Part shown: positions 37,945 through 47,529 of the stretch, in pieces
How positions within the stretch are numbered: position 1 is the first letter of the stretch
Layout of the letters: each line of letters starts with the position of its first letter
Source of the DNA: an uncultured virus (IMG/VR IMGVR_UViG_3300017774_007351)
Taxonomy: Duplodnaviria; Heunggongvirae; Uroviricota; Caudoviricetes
Virus record (IMG/VR): IMGVR_UViG_3300017774_007351
DNA: 64,000 nt
Direction: 5' to 3' (one strand)
Position numbers and translations under genes: made by a program
Notes under the pieces: model-generated
Seen by the model: only the letters and a program-made list of their open reading frames with translations
Database searches by the model: none
Told to the model about the DNA's origin: nothing

Positions 37945-38430
37945 ATGATAGCAATAAAAATCAGCGAACTCCCATCTGCTAGTAATAATATTATGCAATC
38001 GGGGTATTTCCCTGTATCTGATTCAACAGATTTAACATTCACAGAAGGTATGAGTAGAACACTTAAGGTTCCAACAACCGATATATATAATATGTGTCTT
38101 AAAAAAAATATCTTAATTAAAACACAAACCTATACAATTACTTCAAAAGACTATAACGCTATTTTGAAATTCGATAATACTTCTGGATCAGATATTCAAG
38201 TAACTGTTCCAGTTAATAGTAGTAGTATAATAGTTCCAGGACATAGCATTCAAATTGTTAGATATAATTCTGGGAATGTTCAAATAGTGGCAGATAGTGG
38301 AGTTACCATATATTCTTCATTTGGAACATATTTAAAAGCAATATATAGCACAGCAACATTGACTAAAATACAAAACAATGTTTGGATATTAGAGGGAGAT
38401 CTAACAACTTCGGCAAATGCTGGAGCATAA
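37945..38430 (+). CDS. Stand-alone copy of the fibre N-terminal module
   Basis: IKISELPSA...YSTATLTKI..NVWILEGDL. Confidence 0.7.
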   Translation: MIAIKISELPSASNNIMQSGYFPVSDSTDLTFTEGMSRTLKVPTTDIYNMCLKKNILIKTQTYTITSKDYNAILKFDNTSGSDIQVTVPVNSSSIIVPGHSIQIVRYNSGNVQIVADSGVTIYSSFGTYLKAIYSTATLTKIQNNVWILEGDLTTSANAGA

Positions 38431-38479
38431 TATCGGCTAATTAGTATTTGTGTTCAATAATATATGAAATCACCATATT

Positions 38480-38486
38480 GGTGTAT
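38480..38486 (+). promoter_or_regulatory. GGTGTAT motif, putative late promoter
   Basis: 44 nt before ATG 38524; lies within the CACCA-TAT-TGGTG inverted repeat. Confidence 0.55.
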
Positions 38487-38523
38487 TAATATACGATTCT
38501 TTAATAATATCAGGAGCTTTCTA

Positions 38524-38922
38524 ATGCAAAATAATGAAAAGCTGAAAACTATTGCTATTAAAATTCTAGAAAAGTCTACAGTACCAAAAGAAGACAAATA
38601 TGGATTTGCAATCGTAACTATTCTTATGATCATAAGCATAATTTTAACTTGTGTTAGAATTCTACAAGAGTGCAATAAGAACAAGCTATCTGCACAATCA
38701 ACAGCACAAGACAAATACTGTCTTTATGGTGAACAACTTAAATCATTCAGTGAACGCAGAGGATGGTTTACTAAAATGAGAATCAAAAAAATTCTTAGAA
38801 GAGAAATGAAAAAAGAAGATTATGAAAAATATTCTATAGCAATATTGGGCGCTTTATTAGATACAGGAGAAGTTCTCACGGAGGATGAAGTAGCAACTTT
38901 AGTGGAGGCAGCAAATGTTTAA
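38524..38922 (+). CDS. Membrane protein
   Basis: AGGAG RBS; one transmembrane segment. Confidence 0.65.
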   Translation: MQNNEKLKTIAIKILEKSTVPKEDKYGFAIVTILMIISIILTCVRILQECNKNKLSAQSTAQDKYCLYGEQLKSFSERRGWFTKMRIKKILRREMKKEDYEKYSIAILGALLDTGEVLTEDEVATLVEAANV

Positions 38923-39160
38923 TATAATGGTCTGGTGTGTTTATGGTTTATTTGTAGGTTCAATAGCTAAAAGTATAGTCCCTGGAGAAGAAAATTTTGG
39001 TTTCTGGAAAACTATAGCTCTAGGGGTTGCTGGATCGTACTGCGGTGGTATAATAACCTATCTGCTGGGTATGACTCCACTACAACCCACGGGGATAGTT
39101 ATGGGAGTAGCAGGAGCAATTGCTTCCTTAGTGTTTTACAAAAAGCTATTAGAAAAATAA
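38915..39160 (+). CDS. GlsB/YeaQ/YmgE-family membrane protein
   Basis: GLFVGSIAK.IVPG, TIALGVAGS..GG, GVAGAI. Confidence 0.85.
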   Translation: MFNIMVWCVYGLFVGSIAKSIVPGEENFGFWKTIALGVAGSYCGGIITYLLGMTPLQPTGIVMGVAGAIASLVFYKKLLEK

Positions 39161-39173
39161 TCAACTCTAAAAA

Positions 39174-39641
39174 ATGAGACCAATCTGGACGGACTATTTC
39201 TTGGGATTAGCGAAAGTTATTTCTCAAAGAAGCCATGATGTACATACTCAACATGGATGTGTAATCACGGACCAAAACAATAGAATCTTAGGCGTCGGAT
39301 ATAATGGATATCCACGAGGATTAGATGATTCTAAGCTTCCAAAAAATCGTCCAGATAAATATCCATGGATGGTTCATAGTGAACGAAATGCTTTATCTAA
39401 TTGTGTTGTTAGACCAGATAATGGCATAGCTTACGTTACAGGTCAATGCTGCAATGATTGCATAATGGCATTGTGGCAAGAAGGAGTGCAGACAGTTTAT
39501 ATGACCGATGATCATGGCACTCATTTATTTGATGACAATGCAAAAAAAATATTTGATACATTTGTTGAAATGAGCAACATTAAAATTTTTAAGGTAACAC
39601 CAGATCTATCTTGGCTCAAGAGCCTGTGTGGTGTAATATGA
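39174..39641 (+). CDS. dCMP deaminase
   Basis: RP.W.DYF, GYNG, HSE.NA, CxxC. Confidence 0.88.
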   Translation: MRPIWTDYFLGLAKVISQRSHDVHTQHGCVITDQNNRILGVGYNGYPRGLDDSKLPKNRPDKYPWMVHSERNALSNCVVRPDNGIAYVTGQCCNDCIMALWQEGVQTVYMTDDHGTHLFDDNAKKIFDTFVEMSNIKIFKVTPDLSWLKSLCGVI

Positions 39642-39781
39642 ATATATCAATATCAAGTATTTGCTTTTATGTTTCAGTATTTTATTTATCATATCTAGAC
39701 TATATCGGTGATACTAGTGCCACTAAACAATTTCATATCACCGTCATTTTCGGACTAATCGCACTATTAAATAGGAGATAA
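39638..39781 (+). CDS. 47-aa hydrophobic protein (absent from the ORF track)
   Basis: ATGA-coupled ORF MNISISSICFYVSVFYLSYLDYIGDTSATKQFHITVIFGLIALLNRR fills the gap before nrdJ. Confidence 0.5.
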   Translation: MNISISSICFYVSVFYLSYLDYIGDTSATKQFHITVIFGLIALLNRR

Positions 39782-39782
39782 T

Positions 39783-41975
39783 ATGTCGGCCCTTCAAGAG
39801 TTACAGAATTATACATTCGTTAGTAAATATGCTCGTTGGTTAGAGGATAAAAATCGTAGAGAAACCTGGAAAGAGGCCGTTGATAGAGTAAGAAGCATGA
39901 TGCATACCAAGTATGATGAGTTTGGTATAGCAGAAGATATTGATTGGGCTTATGATATGATGTACAAGAAGAAGGTTCTTGGTAGTCAACGAGCTTTGCA
40001 ATTCGGCGGAGACCCCATTCTAAAGCGCCATGCTAAAATTTACAACTGCACAGCAAGTTATTGTGATCGCTTAAGATTCTTCCAAGAGTGTTTCTGGCTA
40101 TTACTATGTGGTAGTGGTACTGGATTTAGTGTTCAGAAGCATCACGTTTCTAAACTACCAACATTAGAACATGAGGTCGAGGAAGGCCAAGCAGTAAAAT
40201 ATGTTATTGAAGATAGTATAGAAGGTTGGGCTAATGCATTGGGTGTTCTAATAAGCTCTTATTTCAGTAAGCCCGTAGAAGAATTTAAGCAATACAAAAA
40301 TGCTCACGTTGTATTTGACTATTCAAATATCAGACCAAAGGGTTCAGCACTAGCATCTGGTGTTGGAAAAGCTCCAGGATATGAGCCATTAGCAAATGGT
40401 CTAGAAAAAATTCGCGCTCTATTAGATAGATGTTTAAAGAATGGACAGAAAAAACTAAGACCCATTGATGCTTATGATATTGTAATGCATAGTAGTGATG
40501 CTGTTTTGTCTGGTGGTGTTCGACGAAGCGCATCATTAGCACTATTTAGTCATGATGATGAAGAAATGGCTAAAGCAAAAACCGGTAACTGGTATATGGA
40601 CAACCCTCAAAGAGCAAGAAGTAATAACTCCGCTCTTTTACTAAAAAGCGAAACAACCTTTGAAGAATTTACTGGACTAATGCAGTCTGTAAAAGAGTTT
40701 GGTGAGCCAGGATTTATTTGGAGTGAATCAACAGAAATGATTTTTAATCCTTGTGTTGAAATTGGTATGTGGCCAATCGAAGAAGCATCTGGAAAGTCTG
40801 GATGGCAGGGATGTAATCTTTCTACCATTAATTGCTCTAGCGTTGATGATGAGGAAGATTTTTATGAGAGATGCAAAGCTGCTGCTATTATAGGAACTTT
40901 ACAAGCTGGATTTACTAAATTAGAGTATCTAGGTAACACCAGTGAAAAAATCTTTGAGAGAGAAGCTCTTCTTGGCGTTTCACTAACTGGAACAATGGAA
41001 AAGCATGATCTTGTACTTACAGAAAAGACTCTAACTAAGGGAGCTAAGATTGCTGTTGATACAAATAAGCAGGTTGCCAAGAAAATTAACATCAACCAAG
41101 CTGCTAGAGTTACATGCTTAAAGCCAGAAGGAACATCTTCAAGTATGCTTGGGACTAGCTCTGGTATCCATCCACATCACGCCAAACGCTACATACGCCA
41201 TGTACAAGCCAATATTTTAGAAGCACCATACCAACACTTCAAAAAAGTAAACCCGCAAGCCTGCGAGAAATCCTCATGGTCTGCAAACAATACTGATGAA
41301 GTGGTTAAATTCCCAATAGAAGTACCAGACGGTGCTAAGTTAAGAAATCAATTACCAGCAGTAGAAATGCTCTCTGTTGTAAAAGAGACACAAAAGAACT
41401 GGGTTCACTCTGGTAAGAACAGATCATTATGCACACAAGAATATTTGAGTCATAATGTGAGTAATACTGTCACAGTTAAACCAGACGAGTGGGATGATGT
41501 AACAAAGTATATTTACGATAATAGAAAGTATTTTGCTGGCATATCTTTAATTCCTCAAAGTGGAGATAAGGATTATCCACAAGCCCCATTCACTACTGTC
41601 TATACCAGTAGAGAGATTGTTAAAGAATATGGTGATGCTGCCTTATGGTGCTCTGGTTTAATTGAACTTGGTTTAAATGCTTTTAATAATAATCTATGGG
41701 CAGCTTGTGACTATGTTAGTTTAAATCAGGCAAAGGATGGAGATGATGAAAATAAAGTTAAGTTTATTACAAAAATGAAAACTTTTGCAAGTAAATATTT
41801 TGCTGATGATATTAGAAGACTAACCTATTGTATGAAAGATGTTTATAACTGGAAAATCTACTGCGATCTGTACAATGGTTTTGAGAAGGTTGATTATACT
41901 CAGCTATTAGAAACAGAAGATAATACCGCAGGTATTGAAGAAATAAGTTGTGCTGGAGGAGCTTGCTTACTATAA
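39783..41975 (+). CDS. nrdJ: Class II (B12-dependent) ribonucleotide reductase
   Basis: KYARW..RRETW, YNC, GGVRRSA, NPCVEI, CNL, KPEGT, C-terminal CAGGAC; no beta subunit nearby. Confidence 0.85.
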   Translation: MSALQELQNYTFVSKYARWLEDKNRRETWKEAVDRVRSMMHTKYDEFGIAEDIDWAYDMMYKKKVLGSQRALQFGGDPILKRHAKIYNCTASYCDRLRFFQECFWLLLCGSGTGFSVQKHHVSKLPTLEHEVEEGQAVKYVIEDSIEGWANALGVLISSYFSKPVEEFKQYKNAHVVFDYSNIRPKGSALASGVGKAPGYEPLANGLEKIRALLDRCLKNGQKKLRPIDAYDIVMHSSDAVLSGGVRRSASLALFSHDDEEMAKAKTGNWYMDNPQRARSNNSALLLKSETTFEEFTGLMQSVKEFGEPGFIWSESTEMIFNPCVEIGMWPIEEASGKSGWQGCNLSTINCSSVDDEEDFYERCKAAAIIGTLQAGFTKLEYLGNTSEKIFEREALLGVSLTGTMEKHDLVLTEKTLTKGAKIAVDTNKQVAKKININQAARVTCLKPEGTSSSMLGTSSGIHPHHAKRYIRHVQANILEAPYQHFKKVNPQACEKSSWSANNTDEVVKFPIEVPDGAKLRNQLPAVEMLSVVKETQKNWVHSGKNRSLCTQEYLSHNVSNTVTVKPDEWDDVTKYIYDNRKYFAGISLIPQSGDKDYPQAPFTTVYTSREIVKEYGDAALWCSGLIELGLNAFNNNLWAACDYVSLNQAKDGDDENKVKFITKMKTFASKYFADDIRRLTYCMKDVYNWKIYCDLYNGFEKVDYTQLLETEDNTAGIEEISCAGGACLL

Positions 41976-42403
41976 TGCCAGTATTTTTTAAAAAACTAGA
42001 TCCCAATGCTAGTCTACCATCTAGAAATAATGTATCAGATGCTGGGGCTGATTTGAGATCAATAGAAAACATTACTATACCTCCACTGTCTCGTGCTCTT
42101 ATTAATACCGGATTGTCTTTAGAGATTCCTTATGGATTTTATGGAAGAATAGCTCCCAGATCAGGACTTGCTGTTAAGCATGGTATTGATGTATTAGCTG
42201 GAGTTATAGATAGTTCTTATCGCGGTCCTCTCGGTGTGGTTTTATACAATACAGACAAAGATAAAGATTTTGTTGTCAATATTGGAGATAGGATTGCACA
42301 GATTATATTTGAACAACATTGGAACTTTAAAATGGAAGAAGCATCAGAACTTTCAGATACTAGTAGGTCAAATAGTGGGTTTGGTTCTAGTGGTATAAAA
42401 TAA
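41975..42403 (+). CDS. dut: Trimeric dUTPase
   Basis: AGADL, PRSGLA, GVIDSSYRG, RIAQ, GFGSSG. Confidence 0.95.
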   Translation: MPVFFKKLDPNASLPSRNNVSDAGADLRSIENITIPPLSRALINTGLSLEIPYGFYGRIAPRSGLAVKHGIDVLAGVIDSSYRGPLGVVLYNTDKDKDFVVNIGDRIAQIIFEQHWNFKMEEASELSDTSRSNSGFGSSGIK

Positions 42404-42419
42404 CATAACTATAGACAGC

Positions 42420-42426
42420 GGTGTAT
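42420..42426 (+). promoter_or_regulatory. GGTGTAT motif, putative late promoter
   Basis: Intergenic, 57 nt before the phoH start. Confidence 0.5.
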
Positions 42427-42476
42427 ATTAATAGTAAATTGGTACGCATTTCTCCTCTATAGTAAAAGGGTATAAA

Positions 42477-43208
42477 TTGAGAAATAGAAAAAACGCCAAG
42501 AAGAAGACCAGAGTTATAGATGGCACAAAAGACATTACCCCAGCAATAGGAAGCGTTTACAGAAATCGATTAAAACCCAGAACAGAAAATCAAAAAGAAT
42601 ACATAAGAACAGCTGCTGAAAATGTTATTACTTTTTGTCAGGGTGTTGCCGGAAGTGGCAAGACGCATATTGCAATAGGCATGGCGTTAGAATATCTATT
42701 AGATGAAAAAATTAAAAAGATAATTATTACTAGACCAGTAGTAGAATCTGGAGAAAAAATAGGATATTTACCAGGAACAGCAGAAGAAAAAATTCATCCA
42801 TATCTATTACCATTATTAGATGAAGTAAACCACTTTATCCCAACTGCTCACTATGTTACTCTAAAAACAAACAATAAGATTGAAATAGTTCCACTAGGAC
42901 TAATGAGAGGTCGTAGTTTTCATAATGCTTTTATTGTAGCAGATGAGTGTCAGAATGCTTCATACGATCAATTAAAAATGTTGCTAACAAGAATTGGAAA
43001 TAATAGCAAAATGATACTAACTGGAGACGTTAGTCAATCAGACTTAAATAGACACATGCAAGGTGGCTTTCATAACATGATTAAAACTTTAACCGACATA
43101 GAGGGAATAGGAATATCTAGACTTGATAATTCAGATATTGTAAGAAATCCAATTATAGGAAAAATTATAGGACGTTTGGATAGTTACGAAAATGAAAGTT
43201 CAAAATAG
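42477..43208 (+). CDS. phoH: PhoH-family ATPase
   Basis: GVAGSGKT, RP.VESGE..GYLPG, MRGRS, DECQN, GDVSQSD. Confidence 0.95.
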   Translation: MRNRKNAKKKTRVIDGTKDITPAIGSVYRNRLKPRTENQKEYIRTAAENVITFCQGVAGSGKTHIAIGMALEYLLDEKIKKIIITRPVVESGEKIGYLPGTAEEKIHPYLLPLLDEVNHFIPTAHYVTLKTNNKIEIVPLGLMRGRSFHNAFIVADECQNASYDQLKMLLTRIGNNSKMILTGDVSQSDLNRHMQGGFHNMIKTLTDIEGIGISRLDNSDIVRNPIIGKIIGRLDSYENESSK

Positions 43209-43773
43209 TAGATGCTTAGTACTAAATGCTGACTACTCACCGCTTGGCATAATTGGATGGCAAAGGGCACTCGTTTGGTCTGTTAAATATGAACAGAACT
43301 CTCGAATGTCTATTGATATTATTGATTTCTATAAAGATGATCATATCATAGGAGCCAATAACAAAAAACATCCTATTCCAGCAGTGGTAAAAACAAACAG
43401 ATATTTTAAATTAAATAATCAGTCTGTTAATTTTTCTAGAAAGAATCTATTTATTCGTGATGCATATACTTGCCAATACTGTCAACAACCAAAAGATATC
43501 AGTAAATTAACATATGATCATGTTATACCAAAATCAAAATGGCAGAGCAATAATGGTAGTCCAACATGCTGGACTAATATAGTAACAGCTTGTGTAGAAT
43601 GCAATAGAAAAAAAGGAAATAAGACACCAGCACAAGCAAATATGCCACTGAAAAATCTCCCATACCAACCATCAAAAAGTTTCAAATACTTGCCTGTGGT
43701 CGGCCTTTTGATTAATATAAGATCAGACATACCCTCAGAGTGGAAACCATACTTGCCGGAATCATATTTCTAG
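43192..43773 (+). CDS. HNH endonuclease (McrA-like)
   Basis: LVLNADY, RD.YTCQYC, TYDHVIP, NIVTAC..CN.KK. Confidence 0.9.
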   Translation: MKVQNSRCLVLNADYSPLGIIGWQRALVWSVKYEQNSRMSIDIIDFYKDDHIIGANNKKHPIPAVVKTNRYFKLNNQSVNFSRKNLFIRDAYTCQYCQQPKDISKLTYDHVIPKSKWQSNNGSPTCWTNIVTACVECNRKKGNKTPAQANMPLKNLPYQPSKSFKYLPVVGLLINIRSDIPSEWKPYLPESYF

Positions 43774-43786
43774 CCAGGATTTATAA

Positions 43787-44212
43787 ATGAAAATAGATGG
43801 AATTTTTAATATCAAGTCTAACTCTGAAGAGAAGACTGAAGATAGTACATATTATGGATTAATTGGAGAAGAAGATTTCTTAGATGATAAGGGAAATCCT
43901 AGGATATCATCTGAAGATAATCCAAAAGTTATGGCAAAAGCAATTCCAAATAAGCCATCTAAACATATGACATCAAAAGCAAGAATGGAATTAAGATTTT
44001 ACATTAAGACAAAACAGAATGATGTAATCTTTAATCCAGTACAACTCGCATCAAATGTAAAAGACAGAGAGACATTTGGGTTTATTAATAATACCTGTAA
44101 GGGAGGAGTACAGTTTAGAGAAGTTCCTCAGTCTGTATTCGATAAATATGTTACCTTTTTAAAAACCAAAAACATCAGATGGCTTAATGCTGCACAGAGG
44201 GAACTCAAATAG
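43787..44212 (+). CDS. Hypothetical protein, paralog of 44952..45338
   Basis: Shared C-terminus F+EV...VF..Y..FLKTKNI.WL...RE. Confidence 0.7.
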   Translation: MKIDGIFNIKSNSEEKTEDSTYYGLIGEEDFLDDKGNPRISSEDNPKVMAKAIPNKPSKHMTSKARMELRFYIKTKQNDVIFNPVQLASNVKDRETFGFINNTCKGGVQFREVPQSVFDKYVTFLKTKNIRWLNAAQRELK

Positions 44213-44214
44213 TC

Positions 44215-44562
44215 ATGCCAACGTACTCTTACGCCTGTTCAAGTTGTGAAGAAAAATTTGAATTATTCTTATATATTAAGGATTATCTTGAACATCCAAA
44301 ATGTCCAGCATGTAAATCACAAAAAACCTCCAGACGCTATATGGATGATGTTTCAACACTAAATGCTTCGGTAAAGAAGTCCGATAGTGAATTAAAAAGT
44401 CTTGGAGATTTAGCAAATAGAAACAGAGACAGAATGAGTGATGATCAGAAACAGTCGTTACATGACAAGCATAATTCATACAGAGAAACAGGAACTCCTC
44501 AAGATCTTCCTGCTGGTATGTCAAGAATGAAAAAACCAACTAAAAAAATTAAATGGACATAA
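44215..44562 (+). CDS. FmdB-family zinc-ribbon protein
   Basis: MPTYSY.CSSC...FE...CPAC. Confidence 0.85.
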   Translation: MPTYSYACSSCEEKFELFLYIKDYLEHPKCPACKSQKTSRRYMDDVSTLNASVKKSDSELKSLGDLANRNRDRMSDDQKQSLHDKHNSYRETGTPQDLPAGMSRMKKPTKKIKWT

Positions 44563-44566
44563 TAAA

Positions 44567-44959
44567 ATGACAGAAGATATTCAAAATCAAGAAGACATAT
44601 ATGCTAATCTAGAAAAAATTCTTAGTAAAGAAGAAGTTGATGAAATTAAAAATAGGTTTGAGAATCAATTAAACTTTTTTCCAGAAGAGACAAAATTAAT
44701 CTCTTGCCCACACGAAATAGTTTTTTCGATTACTGCTAATGTTTTAGAAGAAAACGAGGATGGACATACGGTAGGATCTAAAGAGCTAACCACAAGAACT
44801 TACCACATGCCCGTACCGTCCGACAAAGACTATCATGAGTTTATAGATGTGTTCATGGAATTCTTTGAAAAAACAATGATAGAATCACACACTCACGCTA
44901 AACAAAACACTGAAACTAAAGAAAAAGAACCGGAGAAAGAGGAAGTATCAAATGGATGA
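44567..44959 (+). CDS. Acidic hypothetical protein
   Basis: ORF in operon. Confidence 0.65.
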   Translation: MTEDIQNQEDIYANLEKILSKEEVDEIKNRFENQLNFFPEETKLISCPHEIVFSITANVLEENEDGHTVGSKELTTRTYHMPVPSDKDYHEFIDVFMEFFEKTMIESHTHAKQNTETKEKEPEKEEVSNG

Positions 44960-45338
44960 ATTTATTTTTACAGCTAAACCCAGTGTTCCAGAAGACCAAT
45001 TAAAATCTAATGAATTTTATACGGTAACTGGTTCACACGATTCTTTAGATGTTAGTGGAAATCCAAGACTTTCATCAGAGACAAAAGACCTTTGTGCTAA
45101 AAAGCTCTATAGAGATGATGGATCAGCTAGATTTTATGTTAGACTAGCAAATAATGGATCAATATACAATCCGGTATCTGTCTATGGAGAAGAAAAAGTT
45201 AATAAGTTTTTAGATAGAGTGGTGAGGGATGGATTTAAGTTTAAGGAAGTTAATGGTAAGGTATTTGGTATGTATTTAAATTTTCTGAAGACAAAAAATA
45301 TTGCATGGTTACACAACGTAGAAAGAGAGATGATATAA
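44952..45338 (+). CDS. Hypothetical protein, paralog of 43787..44212
   Basis: GNPR, AK, FYV, IYNPV, FLKTKNIAWL. Confidence 0.7.
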   Translation: MDEFIFTAKPSVPEDQLKSNEFYTVTGSHDSLDVSGNPRLSSETKDLCAKKLYRDDGSARFYVRLANNGSIYNPVSVYGEEKVNKFLDRVVRDGFKFKEVNGKVFGMYLNFLKTKNIAWLHNVEREMI

Positions 45339-45694
45339 TGGCTAGAATGAGTAAATTGCATCAGTATGCTATATATTGGTTAAATAGCCAAGGCAGCACA
45401 ACCGAGACTATCGCCAATGAACTTGGTCTTGAAAATAAACAGGTATTAAAAGCACTAGAAAAGGCTAATGAAACGAATAGCAACAATAATATTCAAACCA
45501 AAAGCGGTCCAGTGGTTGAGCCAGCACCAACAAGAATAAACTCAAAGGATTTAATGATCAGACACACCGCTGCTAAAAAGAACAATAGCGTAGCTATTAT
45601 GACAAAAGAGGCATCAGAAATGAATGACCACTCTAAGAAGACAAATACTACACACCCTAATATACAAAAAAATATCTTTAGACCCAATGGATGA
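45338..45694 (+). CDS. HTH-containing protein
   Basis: WLNSQG.T.ETIANELGL...QV. Confidence 0.6.
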   Translation: MARMSKLHQYAIYWLNSQGSTTETIANELGLENKQVLKALEKANETNSNNNIQTKSGPVVEPAPTRINSKDLMIRHTAAKKNNSVAIMTKEASEMNDHSKKTNTTHPNIQKNIFRPNG

Positions 45695-46122
45695 ACATGA
45701 GCAAAAAATACCCTTCGAAATATTCGAACGGTAAGCTCGTATCTGCAGCTCAATATATTACAGAGATAATATGTGAGAATAAAGCTAGGCTTACCGGCCA
45801 AGATTTACATTATAGGTTTTGGGCTAATAAGAAATGGTCGTCATATTATAGAAATCAGATAGGTACTGCTAATAAGCTTTTAGAAAAGTATTCTGAAACA
45901 GCTATTGTTAAAGCATTAGACACCAAGGAAGCATCAAAAATTTATTCCTTACGTGCTCCTCACCTGATTCCTATTATAGAACAACAAGAACTAATATTAG
46001 AGACTCAAAACGAATCGTTGACTCTTGAGTTTGATAGGAAAGAAGACAAAACCTATAAAACTAATGAAAATAGTAAAAAAGGAATACTCTCAAAATTAAA
46101 GGACCTAGATGATGGCACTTAA
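45691..46122 (+). CDS. Hypothetical protein
   Basis: ORF overlapping the recA start. Confidence 0.65.
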   Translation: MNMSKKYPSKYSNGKLVSAAQYITEIICENKARLTGQDLHYRFWANKKWSSYYRNQIGTANKLLEKYSETAIVKALDTKEASKIYSLRAPHLIPIIEQQELILETQNESLTLEFDRKEDKTYKTNENSKKGILSKLKDLDDGT

Positions 46123-47131
46123 AGAAGACGTTAAGAAGAATTTTGGTGACAACATCATGTTAACAGCAAATGCTGTCATTGATAAGTCATTGGTTACAAT
46201 CCCAGTTAGTCCAGCATTAGACGTTGTATTAAATGGTGGTATCCCAGAGGGATCATTCGTTATTTTTACTGGACAACCCAAATGTGGAAAAACAACAACC
46301 TCACTGGACTTCTGCGCGTCTGCTCAAAAACCAGAATATGCACACGGATCATTTAAAGATGGTCGAGAAGTATACTATCTTAATATAGAAGGAAGATTAA
46401 AGAAAAGAGACCTAGAAGGTATTCCGGGATTAAATCTAGATAAGTTTAATATCATAGGATCTCAAGAAGGTAAGATTTTACATGCAGAAGAATATCTACA
46501 AATTGGTGAAAGAATCATTAATGAGATTCCGGGATCCGTAGTTATTATAGACTCTTATTCTGCTCTTTGTACAGAAGCCGAAATCACTAGCGATATGAAT
46601 AAAATGCAAAGAGCCGACGGAGCTAAACTATTGGCAAAGTTTTGCAGAAAAGTAGCCAATGTTATTCCTGTCAATAGGAATATTGTGATAGGTATTACTC
46701 ATCAAATGGGTAATCCAGGCATGGGTCATAGTGAGTGGAAAGAAAAAAGTGGTCAGGCTATTGCTTATCAAACAGATATTAAAATCAAGGCTAACTATTT
46801 TAGTCCTTGGAATTTAAGTACAGATAGTCCTCAGATTGGTCAAGAAGTACATTGGCAAGTCCTATGCTCTGCTCTAGGTGCTCCAGGAGGTAAGATTACA
46901 AGCTATATTAGATACGGACAAGGTATTGATAAGCAAATGGAATTATTGACGCTGGCTGTAGATCTGGGACTTGTATCAAAGGGTGGTGCATGGTATACTA
47001 TGTCATCTGTTGAGGATAAGCCTAAATTTCAAGGTCTTGAGAAAACAAGACAATATTTAGTGGATCATCCTGAAGTTTATGACGATTTATGGACAAAGGT
47101 CAAGGAGACTATGGGAATCACATGCAAGTAA
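46109..47131 (+). CDS. recA: RecA/UvsX-like recombinase
   Basis: SPALD..LNGGIP.G, GQPKCGKTT, IIDS, GAWY. Confidence 0.85.
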   Translation: MMALKEDVKKNFGDNIMLTANAVIDKSLVTIPVSPALDVVLNGGIPEGSFVIFTGQPKCGKTTTSLDFCASAQKPEYAHGSFKDGREVYYLNIEGRLKKRDLEGIPGLNLDKFNIIGSQEGKILHAEEYLQIGERIINEIPGSVVIIDSYSALCTEAEITSDMNKMQRADGAKLLAKFCRKVANVIPVNRNIVIGITHQMGNPGMGHSEWKEKSGQAIAYQTDIKIKANYFSPWNLSTDSPQIGQEVHWQVLCSALGAPGGKITSYIRYGQGIDKQMELLTLAVDLGLVSKGGAWYTMSSVEDKPKFQGLEKTRQYLVDHPEVYDDLWTKVKETMGITCK

Positions 47132-47529
47132 AAGACTTAGATGGGAATTCTTATAATTGGCAATTAATTGGTAATATCGCACACGGATCTATTCAAAAGA
47201 AATCTAGCCTACACTTACAGGCCAGAGATTTAATCCATGTGTGTTTTCCTACCTTGCAGGTGTTGGAAGAAGTACCAGTTAATACCAGAAGAACAGAAAC
47301 TCTATATCTAGATTTTTATTTGCCCCTTATTAAGAAGTGTGTAGAAGTTCATGGAGAACAGCACTATAAATTTAGTAGATTTTTTCATAATAGTCCACTA
47401 GGTTTTATAAGGCATAAGAAAAGAGATCAGGAGAAGAAAGACTGGTGTGAATTAAATGGAATTGAATATATAGAATTACCATTTGACCAAACAGAGCAAT
47501 GGGAAACAAGGATTAAAAATGAACACTAA
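47122..47529 (+). CDS. PD-(D/E)xK / Vsr-like endonuclease
   Basis: EE.P...LYLDFY...VEVHGEQHY...RD..K..WC. Confidence 0.75.
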   Translation: MQVKDLDGNSYNWQLIGNIAHGSIQKKSSLHLQARDLIHVCFPTLQVLEEVPVNTRRTETLYLDFYLPLIKKCVEVHGEQHYKFSRFFHNSPLGFIRHKKRDQEKKDWCELNGIEYIELPFDQTEQWETRIKNEH

